Source: Thermodesulfobacteriota bacterium (lineage in GTDB: Bacteria; Desulfobacterota; Desulfobacteria; Desulfobacterales; SURF-7). Taken from it: a stretch of DNA of 64,000 bases. Under the pieces are notes generated by a model, which did no database searches, was not told the DNA's origin, and saw only the letters and a list, made by a program, of their open reading frames with translations. Every line of letters starts with the position of its first letter. Position 1 is the first letter of the stretch. Position numbers and translations under genes: made by a program. The stretch covers positions 370,622 to 434,621 of the forward strand of contig JBMORA010000001.1 of assembly GCA_049320885.1 (NCBI GenBank). The letters run 5' to 3'. This document shows, piece by piece, positions 49,182-58,047 of the stretch.

Positions 49182-50225
49182 GTGCTTATGACCTTCAATC
49201 TATTGAAACTCAAACAACACCTGCGCATCATCGGCCACAACCCCTGGTTGTTGGGGCTGCATCCGAATATTCTCAACTATTTGAAATACAAAATAGAAAA
49301 AAAAAGAACGACGGTCGATATCCACAAAAGGGGCGTGGTCTATACGACCCTGTATCTGACCCGCAGGTGCAATCTGAACTGCCGCTTCTGCATTGTGGCC
49401 CGGACGACGAACACCAGGGATCACCGCGAATTTGAAATGAGTCCTGGACAATGTCGGCGGATCATGGAGCATCCGGCTTTCAACCGCAGCCTGTATGTCA
49501 TGCTCTCCGGAGGCGAACCGCTGCTGAACGACCATATCGGCGACATCGTCCGCCTGCTCAAAGGCCAGAAACGCATCGTCTCCGTCACCACCAACGGCCT
49601 TCTGTTGCCCCGGAAATTGGATCGGCTGCTGGAAGCCGGGCTTGATTCCATCAATATTTCCGTTTATGACGAGACCATCGAAAAATTGCGGGAAATCGTC
49701 CCCGTGGCGGCCGCCGCTTCCTTTGTCAAGCTCTGCAAACTGGTGACCAGGGACATGCTTCATGATCCCGGAAAGGTGGAGGAGGCAGCGGAGCTTGCCG
49801 CCGCATCCAATTGCGGGGGGTTGTATCTGGCGAATGTCCTGCCCGGACCGGGGACGTCCCACGACATCAGCGCCGGGGTCGTTTTCGAGAACGATCCGGC
49901 CTTTGAACCATTTCAAAGACGATTGAAACGGAAGTTTCCCGGGTTGCCGATTCATTTTTTCGCTCCTCTGCAACGGACGCCCCGGAAAAGAGTCTGCCAG
50001 ATCCCCTGGTACCTGGGAATTGTGGATAACCAGGGGAACTATGGTTTTTGCTGTTATGATCACCTGTGCAACAAGGGCAATATTTATGATGAAGCCCTTT
50101 CCCGTTTCCACAACGGCGACCCCTGGCCCCGGGTGCGCGGGGAAATTCTGGATCCGTCGGCTCCGATGACCGTTTTTTGCAGAAACTGCTACCTGTTGAA
50201 CGACAGATGGGCCGCGAAGGTATAG
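49182..50225 (+). CDS. Radical SAM protein with SPASM/twitch domain
   Basis: CNLNCRFC, SGGEPLL, TTNG and C-terminal CQIPW...CC..C...CRNC motifs. Confidence 0.92.
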   Translation: MLMTFNLLKLKQHLRIIGHNPWLLGLHPNILNYLKYKIEKKRTTVDIHKRGVVYTTLYLTRRCNLNCRFCIVARTTNTRDHREFEMSPGQCRRIMEHPAFNRSLYVMLSGGEPLLNDHIGDIVRLLKGQKRIVSVTTNGLLLPRKLDRLLEAGLDSINISVYDETIEKLREIVPVAAAASFVKLCKLVTRDMLHDPGKVEEAAELAAASNCGGLYLANVLPGPGTSHDISAGVVFENDPAFEPFQRRLKRKFPGLPIHFFAPLQRTPRKRVCQIPWYLGIVDNQGNYGFCCYDHLCNKGNIYDEALSRFHNGDPWPRVRGEILDPSAPMTVFCRNCYLLNDRWAAKV

Positions 50226-50238
50226 GAAAGGGAAACAA

Positions 50239-50649
50239 GTGAATGAAACCGGCATCCGTTCATCCGATGGAGGCGGCCAAGTGACGGGATATCTCTATCT
50301 TGGCGCGGCGCTGATACTGGCGGCCTATATCAATCTGGTTCTCAAATATTATCTGAACTCGGTGGGGGACATCCCTTCGGGAACCGATTTTCTCTTGTTC
50401 TGCCTGAAGTTTCTGTTTTTAAGCTTCTGGGGCCTGAGCTGCATTGCCAGTGTCGTCTCATGCGCCCTGCTGTGGTTCGCGATCATCTCCCGGTTTGAGC
50501 TGAGCTACATTTTCCCTTTTATGAGCCTGAATTTCGTTCTGGTTACGGTTCTGTCCATGCTCATTCTGGGAGAGCCGTTTTCATGGAACAAAATCATCGG
50601 CGTGGCGTTGATCGTCCTCGGGGTTGTGGTGGTGGGGCGGGGTATCTGA
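50239..50649 (+). CDS. Small 4-TM SMR/EamA-like protein, ArnE/ArnF-type flippase candidate
   Basis: 136 aa hydrophobic; ELSYIFPFMSL and LGEPFSWNKIIGVALIVLG motifs. Confidence 0.82.
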   Translation: MNETGIRSSDGGGQVTGYLYLGAALILAAYINLVLKYYLNSVGDIPSGTDFLLFCLKFLFLSFWGLSCIASVVSCALLWFAIISRFELSYIFPFMSLNFVLVTVLSMLILGEPFSWNKIIGVALIVLGVVVVGRGI

Positions 50650-50651
50650 AA

Positions 50652-51392
50652 ATGACCGGATACTCCGCGAAAAGGATATCCAGCCTGCATACGGGACGGA
50701 ATCATTTCTGGTTCCGGCATCGCAACCGTGTCATCGCGGGAAAACTTTACAAGGCCCTGGCCGGGATTTCGCACCCCAGGATCCTGGAACTGGGTTGCGG
50801 CAGCGGCATCATCGCCAACTATCTCAAAGCCTTGGGCTACGAAATGACGGCTTCGGATCTGAATCCGGGCTTTCAATCCTTTCTGACCGACGGAATCGAC
50901 GCCTTTGAATATTCCCTGGGGGATGATCCGCCCCCCGAACGGGCGCAGGCATACGACGCCCTTCTCCTGGGCGATGTCATCGAACACATCCGCAATCCCG
51001 TCGCCGCCCTGCAAAAAGCCCGGGGCTTTATCAGGCCGGGAGGCATCCTTCTCGTCACGGTGCCGGCCATGCGGGAGTTGTGGTCCGAATTGGATGACTT
51101 CAGCCTTCATGTAAAACGCTATGGCCCGGGCGATCTGCGCCGGGAGATGCAGGCCGCGGGGTATGCGGTGGAGTCGCTGGAATATTTCATGTTCATTCCC
51201 GCGGTAATTTTGTATATCCAGCGCGGAATGATTCTGGGGAAAGGCTCGCGGAGACTGAATCACGACAGCCTTGCGATCCCGGGATACGTAAACGCCATCC
51301 TGGAAATGTGTATGCGCATGGAATATCATGTCCTGAAACAGATTGCGGCGCCTTTCGGCAGCTCGCTGATAACCATCGGAAGAAAATCATGA
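50652..51392 (+). CDS. Class I SAM-dependent methyltransferase
   Basis: HFWFRHR, LELGCGSG, DVIEHI, VTVPA...HVKRY and PFGSSL motifs. Confidence 0.9.
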   Translation: MTGYSAKRISSLHTGRNHFWFRHRNRVIAGKLYKALAGISHPRILELGCGSGIIANYLKALGYEMTASDLNPGFQSFLTDGIDAFEYSLGDDPPPERAQAYDALLLGDVIEHIRNPVAALQKARGFIRPGGILLVTVPAMRELWSELDDFSLHVKRYGPGDLRREMQAAGYAVESLEYFMFIPAVILYIQRGMILGKGSRRLNHDSLAIPGYVNAILEMCMRMEYHVLKQIAAPFGSSLITIGRKS

Positions 51393-52519
51393 AGGTTGAA
51401 TTCTACAGACACGCGCTGGGGGATGAGGAGCGGGAAAGCGTTCAAACCTGCCTCAGGGGACTGTTTCTCACCACCGGCGAATATGTCGACCGTTTTGAAA
51501 AACAATTGGCCGGTTATCTCCATCTGCCCTGGGCCGTGGGCCTCACCTCCTGCACCGCCGCGCTCCATCTCTCCCTGCTGGCGCTCGATATCGGGCCGGG
51601 CGACGAGGTCATCACCACCCCCATGACCTTCATCGCCACCGTCACCGCCATCATGCACACCGGGGCGACGCCCGTGTTCGTGGATGTGGAAGCGGCTACG
51701 GGCCTGCTGGATCCGGAGCGGATCGAAAAGGCGCTCACCCCCGCCACCAAAGCGATCCTGCCGGTGCACCTGTACGGCAACATGTGCGATATGCGGCGGC
51801 TGCGGGAAATCGCCGACCGATATGGCCTGCGCCTGGTGGAAGACAGCGCCCACTGCATCGAGGGCGAACGGGACGGGGTCCGGCCGGGCGGTCTCTCCGA
51901 GGCCGTCTGTTTCAGCTTTTACGCCACCAAGAACATCACCTCCGGCGAGGGGGGGGCGGCGGCCACGCGAAGAGCGGAAATCGCCGAGCGCATCCGCCTG
52001 CTGCGCCAGCACGGGATGTCCAGGGAGGCCGCGGACCGCTATCACGGCGAATACCGGCACTGGGACATGCTCGCCTGCGGCTGGAAATACAACATGGACA
52101 ACATCCACGCCTCCCTGCTGCTGCCCCAGATGCGGAAAATCGACCGTCTCTGGGAAAAACGGCGCGAGCTTTACCAGCGATATGCGGCGGCCCTGGCCGG
52201 CATCCCCGGCGTCCGGCTGCCCGGAATACCGGACGGCTGCAAAAGCGCCCATCACCTGTTGACGATTCTCGTTTCAGCGGACCTTCGCGACCAGGTGCTG
52301 TCGTCTCTGTACCGCCAGGGCATCGGCGTGGCCGTCAACTACCGGGCCATTCATCTGCTGAGCTATCTGCGGGAGGCCCTCGGATACAAGGAAGGTGATT
52401 TCCCCCATGCCGAAACCATCGGCCGCAGCACCATCAGCCTGCCGTTCTGGATCGGCATGGGCGCTGCGGAAGTGGAAACCGTAGCCGACAGCCTCCGCCA
52501 AGCCATGCATGAAAAATAA
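51389..52519 (+). CDS. DegT/DnrJ/EryC1/StrS sugar aminotransferase (ArnB-like)
   Basis: SCTAALHL, GDEVITTPMTF, PVHLYG, VEDSAH and FSFYATKNITSGEGG motifs. Confidence 0.94.
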   Translation: MKVEFYRHALGDEERESVQTCLRGLFLTTGEYVDRFEKQLAGYLHLPWAVGLTSCTAALHLSLLALDIGPGDEVITTPMTFIATVTAIMHTGATPVFVDVEAATGLLDPERIEKALTPATKAILPVHLYGNMCDMRRLREIADRYGLRLVEDSAHCIEGERDGVRPGGLSEAVCFSFYATKNITSGEGGAAATRRAEIAERIRLLRQHGMSREAADRYHGEYRHWDMLACGWKYNMDNIHASLLLPQMRKIDRLWEKRRELYQRYAAALAGIPGVRLPGIPDGCKSAHHLLTILVSADLRDQVLSSLYRQGIGVAVNYRAIHLLSYLREALGYKEGDFPHAETIGRSTISLPFWIGMGAAEVETVADSLRQAMHEK

Positions 52520-52570
52520 TGAAAATCAAGGTGGTATGCGGTATTATCGACGGGTTTGTCAAAAAAACAT

Positions 52571-53812
52571 TCAAACACGTTTCATGTACTCCTCGATCCG
52601 CTCGATCATCCGCGTGAAGGTGAATTCCCGGCTCACTGTCCGGGCGGTTGCGGAGATGCGCCTGCGAAGCTCCCCGCTGCGCGCCAGCTGGACCACCATC
52701 TTCGCCAGGGAAGCGGCATCTCCCTTTGAAAACAGCATGCCGGTTCTGCCGTGGAATATGATCTCCGGATTCCCGCCGGCGCTGGAGGACACCGTCGGAA
52801 TACCGGCTTCCAGGGCATGGATGAGGGTGAGGGAAAACGGCTCATAGAGAGAAGGAAACAGGTACAGGTCATACTGCTGAAAAAGGTCGAAAAGCGAACT
52901 TTCCGGCACCGGCGGCAGGAATCGGATCCGATCCTGAATGTTCAGGGAAGCCGCCGTTTTTTGCAGGCGTTCCAGGTACTGCCGATCCTGGGCGTCGCCC
53001 AGGATGTCGAGCCTGACGTCATGACCGGACAGGGTTCGCAAGATTTCCGGCATTGCCTCGAGGATGGTGTGAACCCCTTTCATTTCAACCACTCTGCCGG
53101 CAAACAGGAGGTGGAGGCATCCGGGGCGGCGCAGCTCGCCCCGGTCGCAATAGGCGCTGTCGCCATGCGCCGCCAGATTGACGCCATGGTGGATGACGGC
53201 GGCATCCTGGAAACCGATCCCTCCCCGGGCGTACAGGTCCCGCATGAACCGGCTTGGGAAAACCGCCCGCCCGCGGATATGGAAACGCTTCCGCCCTCTT
53301 CCGGCCAGCAGTCTTGCCGCGACCGACTTCAACTCGTGTTTCCATGAAAAAGACGCCAGCACGTTTTCCGTGAAATAGGTCTGCCAGAAATCCGGCCGCA
53401 GAAAACACAGCAACCAGTTGTCGGTGAGCAGGAAAGCGAGTCTCCGGCCGGTCTCCTGCAGGGCGTCGAAAAAGGAGCGGTCCAGAAAAAACAGGTTCCA
53501 GGCGAAAATGATATCGGGCTTCCGTTCCGCGACCAGCCGTTGCATCCGGTCAACATTGTGCCGGTTGATGCGTTCCCGCTCGGACGCCTGGGCGTCGAAG
53601 GGCCGGTAGATGTCCGTATGATCCGCCAGTAATTGCAGGGAACGATCCACGGTGATTCCCGGATAATCGGCCTTTTTGCTGCCATAGCCGCTGGTCAACA
53701 CAAAAACTTCATGGCCCCTGGCGGACAGGGCCAGGGCGTTTTCATGGCACAGCCGCTCGTACCCGCCGACGGCATTGGGGGGATAGAGATTGCTGATGAA
53801 AAAAAAATTCAA
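52571..53812 (-). CDS. GT4 family glycosyltransferase
   Basis: NLYPP..GGYE, FAGRVVEMKG and FPSLYEPF..LIHALEAG motifs. Probable TTG start at 53812 overlapping the upstream stop; ATG 53833 is an alternative. Confidence 0.9.
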   Translation of the reverse strand: MNFFFISNLYPPNAVGGYERLCHENALALSARGHEVFVLTSGYGSKKADYPGITVDRSLQLLADHTDIYRPFDAQASERERINRHNVDRMQRLVAERKPDIIFAWNLFFLDRSFFDALQETGRRLAFLLTDNWLLCFLRPDFWQTYFTENVLASFSWKHELKSVAARLLAGRGRKRFHIRGRAVFPSRFMRDLYARGGIGFQDAAVIHHGVNLAAHGDSAYCDRGELRRPGCLHLLFAGRVVEMKGVHTILEAMPEILRTLSGHDVRLDILGDAQDRQYLERLQKTAASLNIQDRIRFLPPVPESSLFDLFQQYDLYLFPSLYEPFSLTLIHALEAGIPTVSSSAGGNPEIIFHGRTGMLFSKGDAASLAKMVVQLARSGELRRRISATARTVSREFTFTRMIERIEEYMKRV

Positions 53813-54729
53813 CCGGCCATTCGAAGCATGCATGTGTAAAATTCCTGGTCCTCCTGGTAGCGCACCGGGTCCAACCCGCGTGCTGCGCAGGCATTCATGT
53901 AGCTGATAAACAAAGCGACCATGCTTGTCAACTGATGGGTTTCCGTGACGGCTGCGAATCTCTCCCAATACTGCCATCCCCCGCGCCTCAAATTCGGGTG
54001 AAGGGCGGTCGCCTGCAGAAATGCGGCGCAGCAATAGGCCCACTCCACCCGAACCCTGGCATGTTCTTCCCGGATGGTGTTCCCCTGGTGGATCCGGTAG
54101 GACAGGAGCGCCTCGTCATGCAGAAGGATCTCCTTTCCCCGGGTCAGCAGGCGCAGCATGAATTCCAGGTCATGGGCGTACCGCAGCGATTGAAAATAGC
54201 CGACTTCCTCGAAAACACTCTTTCTGAGAACCAGGTTGGAAGTGGTCATGATGAAGTTGCCGTTCAGAAGCGCCAGGGCCATATCGCCATCCTGATCATA
54301 AAACGCCCGCGCCTGCCGATACCATGCATTTTCGACGGACCGGCCGCTTTCGTTCATGAACGAAAGCCCGGTGGCGACGGCGGCCGCCTCCGGATGCTTT
54401 TTCAGCAGGGCCAGGCATATTTCCATGCGCCGCGGATGATAGGCGTCATCCGAATTCAGGATGGCGACGAATTCCGACGTGGCCCGATGCAAGCCGGAAT
54501 TGATGGCCTGATGGGCTCCCTGATTGCGCTGGGACCAGCAGACGACGACTTCGGGATGCCGCCTTGCGACCCCGGCCGCCACGGAAGCCGAGCCGTCCAA
54601 AGAGCCGTCATCGACCACGATGATTTCCGCCGGCCGGACACTTTGCCGCAATACGCTTTCCATGGCCGCCTCTATATACTTTTCGTGGTTGTAGAGGGGG
54701 ATTACCACCGAGAAACCACCGCTGCTCAT
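53809..54729 (-). CDS. GT2 family glycosyltransferase
   Basis: SVVIPLYNH, VVDDGS, ILNSDD and YRIH motifs. Confidence 0.92.
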   Translation of the reverse strand: MSSGGFSVVIPLYNHEKYIEAAMESVLRQSVRPAEIIVVDDGSLDGSASVAAGVARRHPEVVVCWSQRNQGAHQAINSGLHRATSEFVAILNSDDAYHPRRMEICLALLKKHPEAAAVATGLSFMNESGRSVENAWYRQARAFYDQDGDMALALLNGNFIMTTSNLVLRKSVFEEVGYFQSLRYAHDLEFMLRLLTRGKEILLHDEALLSYRIHQGNTIREEHARVRVEWAYCCAAFLQATALHPNLRRGGWQYWERFAAVTETHQLTSMVALFISYMNACAARGLDPVRYQEDQEFYTCMLRMAG

Positions 54730-54792
54730 AGGCTGACAGCCTCCTTTGGCATGGTCACAGGACGCGGATATTCCGATATGCGGATTGCCGGA

Positions 54793-57700
54793 TCATTCAT
54801 TGCGCGCGGCCGCCCCATCCGGAAAACCCATCAAGCCGAGATCCGCCAGCATCCGGCGAATGGCGTCTTTCCCGGCCTCCAGTGAATACCGTCTTTGAAT
54901 ATACGCTCTTCCGTTCACGGAAAGATGATTCCAGAGCTCCTGCTGCTCATGCAGATTGACCACGGCCCGGGCGAAAGCAGCCGGATCGTCGGCTATCAGG
55001 ATTTCCTCGCCATCCCGCAAACCGGTTCCCTCCACGGCCATGGTAGTCGCGACACAAGGCACACCGTATCCCAGGCTGGTGACCACCTTGCCTTTCAGCC
55101 CGGCCCCGTAGCGGATCGGAGCCACCGCGATGCGACAGGCTGAAAAGCGGGGTGCGATGTCCGGTACATGTCCGAGAATGGATATGCCGCCGCCGGAGAG
55201 ATCCAGCACCGCCTGGGGGGCGTTTTTACCGATAACGAAACATTCCACCTGCGGGAGTTTTTTTCGGATCAAAGGCCATATTTCCGTCCCGAACCAGATA
55301 ACCGCATCCACATTCGGCCGGTGCTGGAACCCGCCGATGAATACTACTCCCCGGCGTTCCTCAAATCCGGCATCCGCACCGGGAAAATCCCCCCGGATCA
55401 GGGGGATGACGAACAGGCTTTCCGGCGTCACGCCCGCTTCCCGAAGCAGGAGTTCCTTTTCCACCGGACTGAGCAGAATCGTGGCGTCGACACGACGGAT
55501 CACGGACAATTCCAGTTCCTTGGTTCTGGCCGCCTGTTCGGCAAGCGCAGCGGAATTCTCCACGGCCGCCTGGCGCTCCTCGCGCAGATAATGCAAATCC
55601 ACCGTGTTGTAAACGATTTTGGCGCGGGGGCAGAAACGCCGCACCAGATGAACATGGGCCGCGGCGCAATGCGGACGGTAGATCATGACCAGCTCGAAGC
55701 GCTGGCCGTGTGCCTCCAGATAAGCCCCGATATCCCTGACAAACGGGGCATGGAGGCATTGCACCCCGATCCGTTGCAGATCCCGGGTGTATGGCTCCAC
55801 GCATCTGAGATCCGCGGCTGGAATGAAGGTAATGCTGAATCCCAGGGATCGCAGAATCAGGAAATAGGAAACCAGATCCTGGGAACCCGAATCCTGGTCA
55901 GGGGTGGGCGTCCATTCATCGATGATCAGCAAATTGCCGCGCGGGAGGGCAGCCTTCACAAACGCCCCCGCAAAATCCCTGCCCAAACGGAAACCCGATG
56001 ATCTTTTTTTCTCCGTCATACCTTCCGTATCACCGATTCCGCGACAAACAACGGAATGCGGATTCAACACCACCCGGGACAATGGCTGGTGATACGCTTT
56101 CCTGCCCGCGGCCCTGACGGCCATGGCCAGATACATCCCTTCTTCTTCCGGGCTGCAATCCGAAGGCATTTCAGCGGCGCCGCCGAAAAACAGGTCCCGG
56201 GGAATCATGATGGCGAACGCCGGACAGAAGTCTACTTCCCGCAAATAATGGAAGGCCGGATGGGCCGGGTCTTCGCCGCTTCCCATGCGCAGCAGTCCGC
56301 CTTCTTCATCCGCCTGTCCGCCCGCCGCCCAGATGCATCCGTCCGCGCGGACGACCGTTGCCCCGGCAAGACCCGCGTCAACCGTGTGCCGGAAAACCCA
56401 GGCCAATTCCCGCAGCCATCCTGGTGATGCGTGAACATCCCCCCGCAGGAATACAAGTCGCGCGCCTTTTGCGGCTTTTGCACCCGCCAGCCAGACGCTC
56501 ATGCCGCTTCCTTCAGCCGGGACCATTCTTGCGCCGGCAATCCGCGAAAAAATCCGCTCGCGGTCTTCTTCGTCAAGCCGATCCGTAACCAGAATCACCT
56601 CACACTCCTCGTCCGGCAGGGTGTCCAGCAGGGATTTCAGGTTGCGCAAACTGCTTTCCGGATGGTCATGCAGGGGAACGATGATCGAAATCTCCGGCAC
56701 CGCCGGCTCCGGAAAGGCCAGGACCTCCTCCGGGGATAAATGCGGCGCGTGGAGACTGACAGACGTCTGTTCCGCATCGGGGCAGGCGCGTTCGTGGGCC
56801 ATCCAGGCCTGATAGGAAGGGGAATGGCGGAACAGTCCCCCGGAATGACGAAACACGAAGGATCGCATCCGATAGCGGGTTTCGTAGGATAAGGGCAGCC
56901 CATGATACAGCAGGCGCAGCGGACGCCACAGACAGGGACCTGCCAGGGCCCGCAGAAAGCCCATGGTCCACCGCATCGGGGCGGTGATCCGCCAGCTGGT
57001 CGACGCCTGCAGGTCCGCGGCCGTTCCCTGAAGCGCCCGGATCTGACGCTGCAATTCAGCGGTTTCCTCTTGAAAGGCTTCCACCTGTCTGTCCCGGTCG
57101 GCGGAGAGACGGTTCATGCGGCGCTCCCGGTCGTCCACCGCCCGTATCAGGATGTCGATTCTTTCGGCCCGGTCCGCGATGATCCCGTCGAGGGCCTCTA
57201 TTTTTTTTCCCAGCTCCGCCAGCCGCCGATCCTTTTCAGCCGCTTCCTGAATCAGGTCGGCTATTCGGCCATCGCGCTCCAGCAAGCTGCGGCCGAGAGC
57301 GCCCGCCTTGCTCTCCAAGTCGGCGGTGCGCCATTCGAATTCGATCCCCCGTCCCACAGCCCCGAAAAACCGTCGGAGCAGATGTCCCTCCGCCCGGCGC
57401 GACCATTCTTCCGTCAGCCGCCGCAGACTCTCCGGTTGCTCGGCGCCGACCAGGAGCACGCCGAGGCCGTGACTGTGATGGAAACCCAGGTGCGGATGGA
57501 CAGCGACCAGTTCCTCCCACAACCGCCATACGCCGAAATCCCGCTCCCGCACATCCGTGTCATGCAAGACGACGACAGCCTTTTCGGACAGTTTCGGCCG
57601 CCAGGTATCGAAATCGTGCTTCACCGCATCGTAGGTATGCAGGCCGTCGATGTGCAGGAAATCGATGCTGCCGTCGCTGAAATAGGCGACCGCTTCATCG

Positions 57701-58035
57701 AAGGTCATGCGCAGCAGGTTGGAAAAGCCGCTGTAATACCGCTGGTTGTGTTCTCGGACGGACTGGTAGACCTCTTCGCCGTAAAGACCGCTCTGTTCAT
57801 CGCCCTGCCAGGTGTCCACCGCATGGCAACGCGTCGAAAGACCGTTCTCCAGCACCGACTGGCAGAAGGAAAAATAGGAATTGCCGGTATGGGTGCCCAG
57901 TTCGACCAGCAGGCGGGGTTCCGTCTGTTCCACCAGCCAGGCGCCGAAGGGAATATGCCCGACCCAGGAATGGGGCGGCATCACCCGGTGGGGCCGCATC
58001 AATGCGGACTTGGTGATCATCAGGGAAGCATTCAT
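54793..58035 (-). CDS. Multidomain methyltransferase / coiled-coil / GT2-like / GT4 protein (polysaccharide polymerase and chain terminator type)
   Basis: VELGTHTG...HIDGLHTY methyltransferase, heptad-rich segment, STSWRITAPMR, degenerate GT2 region, and PDQDSGS...HRPNVDA...GAGLKGK GT4 domain. Confidence 0.88.
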   Translation of the reverse strand: MNASLMITKSALMRPHRVMPPHSWVGHIPFGAWLVEQTEPRLLVELGTHTGNSYFSFCQSVLENGLSTRCHAVDTWQGDEQSGLYGEEVYQSVREHNQRYYSGFSNLLRMTFDEAVAYFSDGSIDFLHIDGLHTYDAVKHDFDTWRPKLSEKAVVVLHDTDVRERDFGVWRLWEELVAVHPHLGFHHSHGLGVLLVGAEQPESLRRLTEEWSRRAEGHLLRRFFGAVGRGIEFEWRTADLESKAGALGRSLLERDGRIADLIQEAAEKDRRLAELGKKIEALDGIIADRAERIDILIRAVDDRERRMNRLSADRDRQVEAFQEETAELQRQIRALQGTAADLQASTSWRITAPMRWTMGFLRALAGPCLWRPLRLLYHGLPLSYETRYRMRSFVFRHSGGLFRHSPSYQAWMAHERACPDAEQTSVSLHAPHLSPEEVLAFPEPAVPEISIIVPLHDHPESSLRNLKSLLDTLPDEECEVILVTDRLDEEDRERIFSRIAGARMVPAEGSGMSVWLAGAKAAKGARLVFLRGDVHASPGWLRELAWVFRHTVDAGLAGATVVRADGCIWAAGGQADEEGGLLRMGSGEDPAHPAFHYLREVDFCPAFAIMIPRDLFFGGAAEMPSDCSPEEEGMYLAMAVRAAGRKAYHQPLSRVVLNPHSVVCRGIGDTEGMTEKKRSSGFRLGRDFAGAFVKAALPRGNLLIIDEWTPTPDQDSGSQDLVSYFLILRSLGFSITFIPAADLRCVEPYTRDLQRIGVQCLHAPFVRDIGAYLEAHGQRFELVMIYRPHCAAAHVHLVRRFCPRAKIVYNTVDLHYLREERQAAVENSAALAEQAARTKELELSVIRRVDATILLSPVEKELLLREAGVTPESLFVIPLIRGDFPGADAGFEERRGVVFIGGFQHRPNVDAVIWFGTEIWPLIRKKLPQVECFVIGKNAPQAVLDLSGGGISILGHVPDIAPRFSACRIAVAPIRYGAGLKGKVVTSLGYGVPCVATTMAVEGTGLRDGEEILIADDPAAFARAVVNLHEQQELWNHLSVNGRAYIQRRYSLEAGKDAIRRMLADLGLMGFPDGAAARNE

Positions 58036-58047
58036 CTGGTTTCCTGT

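Noticed and set aside
44242..52519. Canonical arn (L-Ara4N lipid A modification) operon
   Set aside because: ArnB-, ArnC- and ArnE/F-like genes are present, but there is no ArnA or ArnD, the membrane protein does not look like ArnT, and many extra tailoring enzymes are present.
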